This document shows positions 56,411 through 64,000 of a DNA stretch of 64,000 nt, in pieces (the stretch's first letter is position 1; the number at the start of each line of letters is the position of its first letter). Below the pieces are notes generated by a model. That model saw nothing but the letters and a program-made list of their open reading frames with translations, was not told the DNA's origin and made no database searches. The DNA is from the human T2T-CHM13v2.0 reference genome, Homo sapiens, in assembly GCF_009914755.1 (NCBI RefSeq), contig NC_060927.1; one strand, written 5' to 3'. The position numbers and the translations under genes are program-made.

Positions 56411-56749
56411 AAAATGCTGCTTTCATCACGTTATTTTACCTGTTAAAATCTTTTAAGAACTACTCAGTGTCCTCTGAATAGAATAAGAACATTTTTAAAT
56501 GAATTTTAAGGTCCACTATGAATTTACAACTGATTGTCTTTCACCCTTTCCCTTGCTCTCATCCTCAATGGCATCTTCCTTCATTTTGACCCCAGCACTC
56601 CAATCTCCAGCCATACTTAGTTGTTTGCCATTTTGTTTGGAGGAAAAATCTTAGTATTAACCATGAAAGACTTAAACAAAACTATGGAGGAAAAAAAGGA
56701 GAAAGGTGCTGTTTCTCTAAGACTGTTCTCGTGAGGATCTTCCGTTTTC

Positions 56750-58086
56750 TTTCTTTTTTTTAAATTTATTGTTTTACTTTAAGTTCCGAGTACATGTACA
56801 GAACATGTAGGTTTGTTACATAGGTATGCATCTGCCATGGTGGGTTGCTGCACCCATCAACCCATCACCTAGGTTTTAAGTCCCGCATGCGTTAGGTATT
56901 TGTCCTAATGCTGTCCCTCCCCTTGCCCCCTACCCGCCAACAGGCCCCGGTGTGTGATGTTCCCCTTTCTGTGTCCATGTGTCCTCACTGTTCAACTTCC
57001 ATTTATGAGTGAGAACATGTGGTGTTTGGTTTTCTGTTCCTGTGTTAGTTTGCTGAGAATGATGGTTTCCAGCTTCATCCATGTCCCTGCAAAGGACATA
57101 AACTCATTCTTTCTTTTACGGCTGACTAGTATTCCATGGTTTATATGTGCCACATTTTCTTTATCCAGTCTATCATTGATGGACATTTGGGTTGTTTGCA
57201 AGTCTTTGCTATTGTGAACAGTGACACAATAAACACACGTGTGCATATGTCTTTATAATAGAATGAGTTATAATCCTTTGAGTGTATACCCAGTAATGGG
57301 ATTGCTGGGTGAAATGGTATTTCTTGTTCTAGATCCTTGAAGAATTGCCACACTGTCTTCCACAATGGTTGAACTAATTTATACTCCCACCAACAGCGTA
57401 AAAGTGTTCCTATTTCTCCACATCCTCTCCAGCATCTGTTGTTTCCTGATGATAATTTATTTTGCTGTGCAGAAGCTCTTCAGTTTAATTAGATCAATTT
57501 GTCAATTTTGTCTTTTGTTACAATTGCTTTTGGTGTTTTAGTCATTAAATATTTTCCCATGCCTATGTCCTGAATGGTATCAATATCATGAAAATGGCCA
57601 TACTTTCCAAAGTAATTTACAAATTCAGTGTTATTCCCATGAAGCTACTATTGACTTTCTTCACAGAACTAGAAAAAGCTACTTTAAATTTCATATGGAA
57701 TAAAAAAAAGAGCCCGTATAGCCAAGACAATCCTAAACAAAAAGAACAAAGCTGGAGGCATCACACTACCTGACTTCAAACTATGCTACAAGGCTAAAGT
57801 AACCAAAACAGCATGGTACTGGTACCAAAACAAATATATAGACCAATGGAAATGAACAAAGGCATCAGAAATAATACCATACATCTACAACTATCTGATC
57901 TTCCACAAACCTGACAAAAACAAGCAATGGGGAAAGGATTCCCTATTTAATAAATGGTGCTGGGAAAACTGGCTAGCCATATGCAGAAAACTGAAACTGG
58001 ACCCCTTCCTTACACCTTAACAAAAATTAACTCAAGATAGATTAAAGACTTAAATGTAAAACCTAAAACCATAAAAACCCTAGAAG
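56750..58086 (-). mobile_element. L1PA8-like insertion with 5' inversion (minus 56750-57580, plus 57581-58086)
   Basis: Strand switch at 57580/57581; TSD aggatcttccgttttc (56734-56749) / aggatcttccattttc (58085-58100). Confidence 0.95.
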
Positions 58087-59384
58087 GATCTTCCATTTTC
58101 ACAAATACTGTCTGGAGCTAGCATCCCTTCAAATGTCTTTCCTGCATTATTGACTGCAGTAGAAGTGGAGTATAAAGCAACTGGGCCTCCCCAATTGCTT
58201 CAGATCCCATGTCAATCTCATTAACCTGAATATAGTTTACTGTGAGGAAGAAAACTTTAACCTTAGGTTGAAATTTATGTATTTTTTCCCTAGCTGTTCC
58301 TTGATGTTATTTCATTACGAACATTAACTTACGTAAATGTTTCTTCAGGGAACTGAAACTTCAGTAACTATATTCTGCTCTTCAGATTATCAGTCATAAA
58401 ATGTCTGCTGTCAAATTGACATCTAATCAAAGAAGAATGTTCATTTTCTTGCAGACTTCTCACTGCAGAGTCACTCATTCTTTATTTACAACTTATTTAA
58501 AGGAATAAGTTTATATTCTAAAAATTGCATTCTTTTAAATAAAGTAGAAAAATTTCTCTCTCATTTAGTCTAACTGACTTAACATCCAAATTACTCTTTT
58601 TCCACACATTGCTTCTACATTGATCAAATGACAATTAATCAATATTTTTTGGCCATAAAAATGTTAAGTTCTAATTTACATAACTTTAGAGTTGAACTAG
58701 ATTATTCATGACAGTCAATATAATTAAAACATCAAAGGTGATAATAACTACGAAGTTTTACAATCCAAGTCCAGCTATACTGAGCAGTTCATATTACTCC
58801 ATTTCTTTTTCATGATTATCTTATGAAGAAGGTGTGCATTTTACAAAGCTCAAAGAGTTTAAGAAATGTATCCATTTTACATGGTTTATAAGTAGTAGGG
58901 TTGGGATTTGAACCCCTGTTTGAGAGATTGCTGAGCCCAGGAGATTTCACTGTAGTATTAATATTTTGCCAATTATTTCATTTCTCTGTTATTTGGGATT
59001 TCTTTACAACAGAGGCTCAACCATCCAGTTGACTAAGAATCAGTTCAATTGACTGTTTAACTATCAATTGCTAGGAATCAATGATGGTGAGTTATTTGGA
59101 CTTCACCTTCAGTAGAAGTCTCAGAAAATCTGTATCTAATTGATTCCCTTTCCCAATTGCTCTCAGTAAATTTAAAGATATTCAACAATTCTTGCAGGAC
59201 CATAATTCATGTTAGCCTAATAAAATTCCAATAATTTCATAATAATGGATATATATTAATAATAATAGTAATAAAAACGACTACCCACTTTGAGTGGTTA
59301 CTGTGTTCTAGGCACTGTGCTAAATGCTTTATGCACATTTTTCTTATTCAGTCCTCATATCTACTCAATGAGGTACATAGTTGG

Positions 59385-59890
59385 AACACTAAAACTTAAT
59401 TCTAAATGAAGCAAATAAAAGGAGGACCATCTATTGACATGCAGAAACAAAAATTACAGAGGTAGAGCTGTCAGCATTGGATCTAGTGCTCAAAGGTGTC
59501 ACAAGGGCTGGGTTCATCTATACCGCCTCTCTGCACTGGTCTCCATGTCAGCTCAATCTCGACTCACACAGGATCTCTCCAAAGGTGAGCTCACATTTTA
59601 AAGTTCAACAGAAATAAAGCTGCTTTTTACCCAATGTTTCCACACAGCCCAGGTCCAGTCTGACTTAACCAGCTTGGATGACAAGCCTATCCTTAAACCA
59701 TTCACTGTGGCTGGGAAAAGACTACGCTGTTTGGCCAGGTCACAATCCCACTCCTGGAGCTGTTGTTCATTTGCACTGCATCGACTGAAAATGGGGTAGG
59801 GGTGGTCACTCTACAAAGGAAACCAGGTGTGCTGTTACCAAAAGAGGGAATGAGACATAGGCAAGCAGGAACAGTGGATTTCATCTACAT
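59385..59890 (-). mobile_element. Old MaLR LTR (MLT1J/K/L-like) inserted in a MIR (59270-59380, 59895-60030)
   Basis: cttaaaccattcactgtggctggg...ggtgtgctgttaccaaaagagggaatg...catctaca. Confidence 0.6.
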
Positions 59891-60589
59891 ATAGTAATAG
59901 TCATCATTATTCACATTTTACAGATAAGTAAATTAAGGTTCAAGAAGTTTCATTTGTTGAGATTCACCAGTTATAAAATACAATGACAGTATTCCAGCCA
60001 ATGACACTCAGAGTAATTACAAAACTATAGTGCATTCCTAGCAACTAAGTCTATACATACAATGAAGATTCTCAAGAGAGCTTTATTGCTTATGCTGCTG
60101 ATTCCAGCCCTGATAAGGAACCATCAGCATTTGAACCCCAGTAATCCTCCCAACTATAAGGAGAACAGAGTCATATTCAGGCTGAGTGAAGTAGAAACTG
60201 CTAAATTCTATTCCTCTCTAAACAATCAGATTCTTTAAGAGACAAATCTGTTTTTATATTTGTATAAATCTTATATATACTGTTGATTCATAGAAGATGT
60301 TATTGGTAATGACTCAACTATCAAACTTAGTGGACATTTATACATGGAAATTACCTAATTAATTCCTAACTACACACTTGAGGGGAAAATACACTAGGTG
60401 GAAACAAGAAAACAGACAAGAGAAGTAGTGACTATGTCGGGAATGTGCAATCTTCCTAGATGGCCTCAGCGGACTTTCATTTTTATACCATTGACGAGAA
60501 CTGTGTCAGGTGTTCATCCACAGCTGTGAATAGGACAGAAAAATATTTTTGAATGTGTGGGCAAATTACTGTTCTAGCCATATAGAAAA

Positions 60590-60875
60590 AGGAGAGAATG
60601 AATATTGTGTTGGCAACAGCAATTTCCACAGCCAGGCGTTGTGCTGGACACTTGGGATAAGCCAATCAGTGAAAGCAGGCGTGACCACCAACTCGTGGAG
60701 TTTTCACTTCTTGGTAGAGGCAGACAATGTATTTCACAAACACATATAAAATTGCAGTTGTGAATGTGCTGAAGTGGAGGAAGTCATGAGTCCAGGATGA
60801 TAAAGGGGGAAGTGTCACAGACCCAATCAGGAGGTTAAGGAGGGCTTCCTTGAGGAGGTGACACTGGAGCTAGGG
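60590..60875 (-). mobile_element. L2 fragment
   Basis: gccaggcgttgtgctggacacttgggata...agggagggcttccttgaggaggtgacactggagct. Confidence 0.7.
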
Positions 60876-60984
60876 TGGTGTCTCAGTCAACTTTAGCATT
60901 TACAGAGTTCTTCTTGTAACAAATCCAGAAGTAAAGAGATAACTAAAGAGAATTTTCCTGTTACTTTGAATACACTTGTACCTC

Positions 60985-61543
60985 ATGGCTCTTTGTATTG
61001 TGAATCGCAGAAAATCTCATTCAAACTCAATCAAGAGAAAAACGCATTGACTGGCTAAAGTTCAGCGCCCTGCTTCAGGCACAGTGGCATCAAATAATAC
61101 TAACATAGTGTCAGGAGGTGCTCCACCTCTCTACTCAGTGTCCCTCTGGGTTGACTCCATTCTCCTACAGGCTTTTCCATCATGGTGTTTAGATAGTGGC
61201 AATCTCCAGACTTGCGTCTTTTCGTCAGTAACACTTAGAGGAAAACAATCTACTACTTCCCCAAGAATAAATGTTCTGCATTTGGATCTCTTTGTGTGTA
61301 GCTTGGACCAGGTACCAGCCCTTGTTAACAACCACTTGGTCACTAGAGATGTCATTATCTTCATTACCAGTCTTCAGTCTTGTGCCCTCTCTTGGAGCAG
61401 GGGGTGAAATCAGCACCTCCCAAACTCCATGAACTGAAAATGGGGAAGAGAGGCCACTGGCTTCCCTAGAAGAAAGAAAACGCAGTCTTCAGTAAAAGTA
61501 GGACTGTTTGCTGGGCAGGCAGAAAGAACAGGTGTCTGCTACA
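60985..61543 (-). mobile_element. Old MaLR LTR (MLT1K/L-like)
   Basis: cagaaaatctcattcaaact...tgcttcaggcacag...gctgggcaggcagaaagaacaggtgtctgctaca. Confidence 0.6.
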
Positions 61544-62566
61544 GAGTAGAAATAACTAATAACATTAATAACTGCTACAGCTAGCAATAGCAATAATACT
61601 AAGAACAAACACTTATTTTAAAAGTGTTTCTTATTATAATTTCCCCATAAAAACTCATTCTACATTCTTGGCATGTCAAGAATTTAGCCAGCCTGCTTTG
61701 CCATAGCTACATAACCCAGAAGACAAAACTAGCTCTGCAGTTTGAAATTAGTGAGCATGAGATTTCCAGAGAGCAGGATTTCCGGTATAACTAATTCCCT
61801 TCCCTCCACCCCGAAGCTCACCTTGAATGCACCGGTGCTCATTGATTCATGCAAACTTGCCTCTGTTATTGCTGACATGCCTGGAGAGGGTCTGTTAAGG
61901 GAAGCTCATTTCAAGCACAGATGGTCCCAGGTAGCTTAGCCTCTGCCTGGTGGCCAGACTAAGTTAATTCGGACGGCCTTAGACTTCTGATCACATCCGT
62001 GCAGCCAGAGAGGAAAAGAAAAACTTATTTATCATCTTGATAAACAGTCTCTTTCAATGTCTGTGGATGCTGTATGTAACTCGGTAGAGTCAAATACTAT
62101 TAAATTGTCATCACTGTCAAAAGGGGGAGTAATAAATTTTTCTACCTGAGTCATAGTTAATGACATCTACAATGTGCAACACAAATCAGAATTACTGTTT
62201 GCCTTCTTTTCTCCTAAATGTGTGTTTTCTGATCTCTCTGGCTGTAGATGTGAGGCACAGCCCTCAAAATATAAATAAATATATACTTTTGTTATTACCT
62301 CTCAGCTAAACCAATAAAATATCCAGCTGACAAGGGCCAGACTCTTGGCTTGGATGAGGTATGCATGCACAGGCAAAAGCTAAGCAGAAGTACCTCGTTC
62401 TAGTTCTGCACGGAAGACATGGATTTGAAAGAGTGTATTTCACTGAGTGAAGGCCTTGGAAATGGCTCCACCCAATAGTTATTTGTAAACATATTTGCAG
62501 AAGCTGCTTAAATACTGTTAAGGGTGGGAGGCATCTCTTTTGCTGTCATCATCTTAAAGAATAATA

Positions 62567-62897
62567 CAGTCATCTGTCCCATAACAATGTTTCAGTTAAC
62601 GACAGACCTATAAGATAACATGGTATAATACCATATTTTTACTGTACCTTTTCTATGTCTAGATAGATTTAGATACACAAGTACTTATTATGTTATAGCT
62701 GCCTACAGTATGCAGTACAATAGCATGCTGTACTGGTTTGTAGCCTAGAAGTAATAGGCTATACTATCTAGCCTAGGTGTGTAGTAGGCTATACCATCTA
62801 GGTTTGTGTAAGTGTCCTCTATGAATTAGCACAATGATGAAATCACTTAATGACATATTCATTAGAAGTTACCTTGTCATTAAGTGAGGCATGACTG
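62567..62897. mobile_element. Tigger3a/MER7A TcMar DNA transposon
   Basis: TIRs cagtcat...atgactg with left TA; ccatatttttactgtaccttttctatg; gcctaggtgtgtagtaggctataccatctagg. Confidence 0.88.
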
Positions 62898-62904
62898 TGT
62901 AGTA

Positions 62905-63550
62905 GACTGTATAGTACGCTTTGTTAAGCTTCAGCAACAACCTCCAAATCTCATGGGCTTCAAACAGCAAAAGTTTATTGCTTGATCATACAACAAGCCC
63001 CTTGTGATTTATCAGTGTGGCTGTGTTTGCAGGAGTTACTCAGGGACTAGATCTTCTGGAGCAGGCACCGTCTAAAACAGGTTGGCAAACTGGCCTGTAG
63101 GCCAAATCTGGTGCACTGTCCGATTTTTATGATCCACAAGCTAAAAATGATCTTCACCTTTGAAATGGCTGGAAATTGTGACACATAAAAATCACACAAA
63201 TTCAAGTTTCAATTTCCATAAATATTATTGACATACAGCTACACTAACTTGTTTATGTATCATTTGAGGTTGCATTTGTGATATAACAGCGAAGTTTGGT
63301 AGTTGCTCCAGAGACCACATGGCCCACAAAGCTGAAAATGTTTATTATCTGGATGTTTATGGAAAAAGTTTGTTGATCCTTGATCTGAAATACCACTGGC
63401 TGCCACACCAGCAGGAAGAGAGCCCTGGAAGGTCTTGCACAGGCAATTAAAAGCTTGGCTTGGTAGTGATATGTCAAGTCTGTTAATACCCAGTTGACTA
63501 AAAACAGTCAATGCCTCCTCCTCCCACAAGGGGATCAGTAACTACCATAA
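62905..63550 (-). mobile_element. MLT1J-like LTR split by MER58B
   Basis: caacctccaaatctca...aaagtttatt...; resumes ctggaaggtcttgcacaggcaattaaa. Confidence 0.6.
63078..63382. mobile_element. MER58B hAT DNA transposon
   Basis: caggttggcaaact...aaaaagtttgttgatccttg; degenerate 8-bp TSD gtctaaaa / atctgaaa. Confidence 0.8.
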
Positions 63551-63609
63551 GCCCAGGAAGAGAAGACAGTCATTGGCATCCCTAATGGCTGCTCCAGCTA
63601 ATACTAATA

Positions 63610-63875
63610 ATAGCAACAGCATCAGAGCAAACACATTGCTCCTGTACTCCCACACTCTTCCAAGTGCTTTCCCTGTGTTTACTCATTCATCCTCACAACA
63701 ACCTCATGATGAAAGTATTATAGTACTATTTTCCCCATTTTACAGATGAGGAGACTAAGAAAAGAAAGCTTGTATGATTTTCCTGAGATAAATCCAGCTA
63801 ATAAAGGGTGGAAGCAGTTGAAACCCAGTCAATGACCCCAAAATTCAATCTCAAACACTGTGCTCTCAACCATCC
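63610..63875 (-). mobile_element. MIR
   Basis: tcatcctcacaacaacctcatga...ccccattttacagatgaggagactaag. Confidence 0.75.
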
Positions 63876-64000
63876 TACCAATCACAGACCTGCTGAGATT
63901 TAAAAGAATGCCATTCATTGATGCTGTAGAGACAACTTCTTCACAAAATCCTCAATTATGGAATATGCTAGACATAAGCAAAACACTAATTTAGTGTCTG

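Noticed and set aside
57440-57465. L1 internal deletion as a spliced-out intron
   Set aside because: The nearest GT..AG splice would leave one extra A compared with the observed junction, and the acceptor has no pyrimidine tract; microhomology fits exactly

Overview
AT-rich primate (human-like) genomic DNA made mostly of interspersed repeats. I found no cellular protein-coding exon, RNA gene, CpG island or CRISPR array. The long ORFs in the track are decayed LINE-1 or MaLR frames, Alu or microsatellite artefacts, or chance frames. Main contents: (1) a full-length + strand L1PA7-like element (49174-55571) with dead ORF1/ORF2 but an open antisense ORF0-like frame; (2) a nest at 35.8-44.8 kb where a MIR is split by an old L1PA13-16-like element, which itself holds a complete two-LTR THE1D/MSTA provirus and a younger L1PA3/4 with a 19-bp 3' transduction; (3) a twin-primed, 5'-inverted L1PA8-like insertion (56.7-58.1 kb); (4) four Alus, several solo LTRs, hAT and Tigger DNA transposon fossils, and many MIR/L2 fragments. 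Subfamily names come from my recall of consensus sequences, not a database search. I did not find a convincing new biological system. The best signals are retrotransposition footprints, the ORF0-like frame and a few local duplications.
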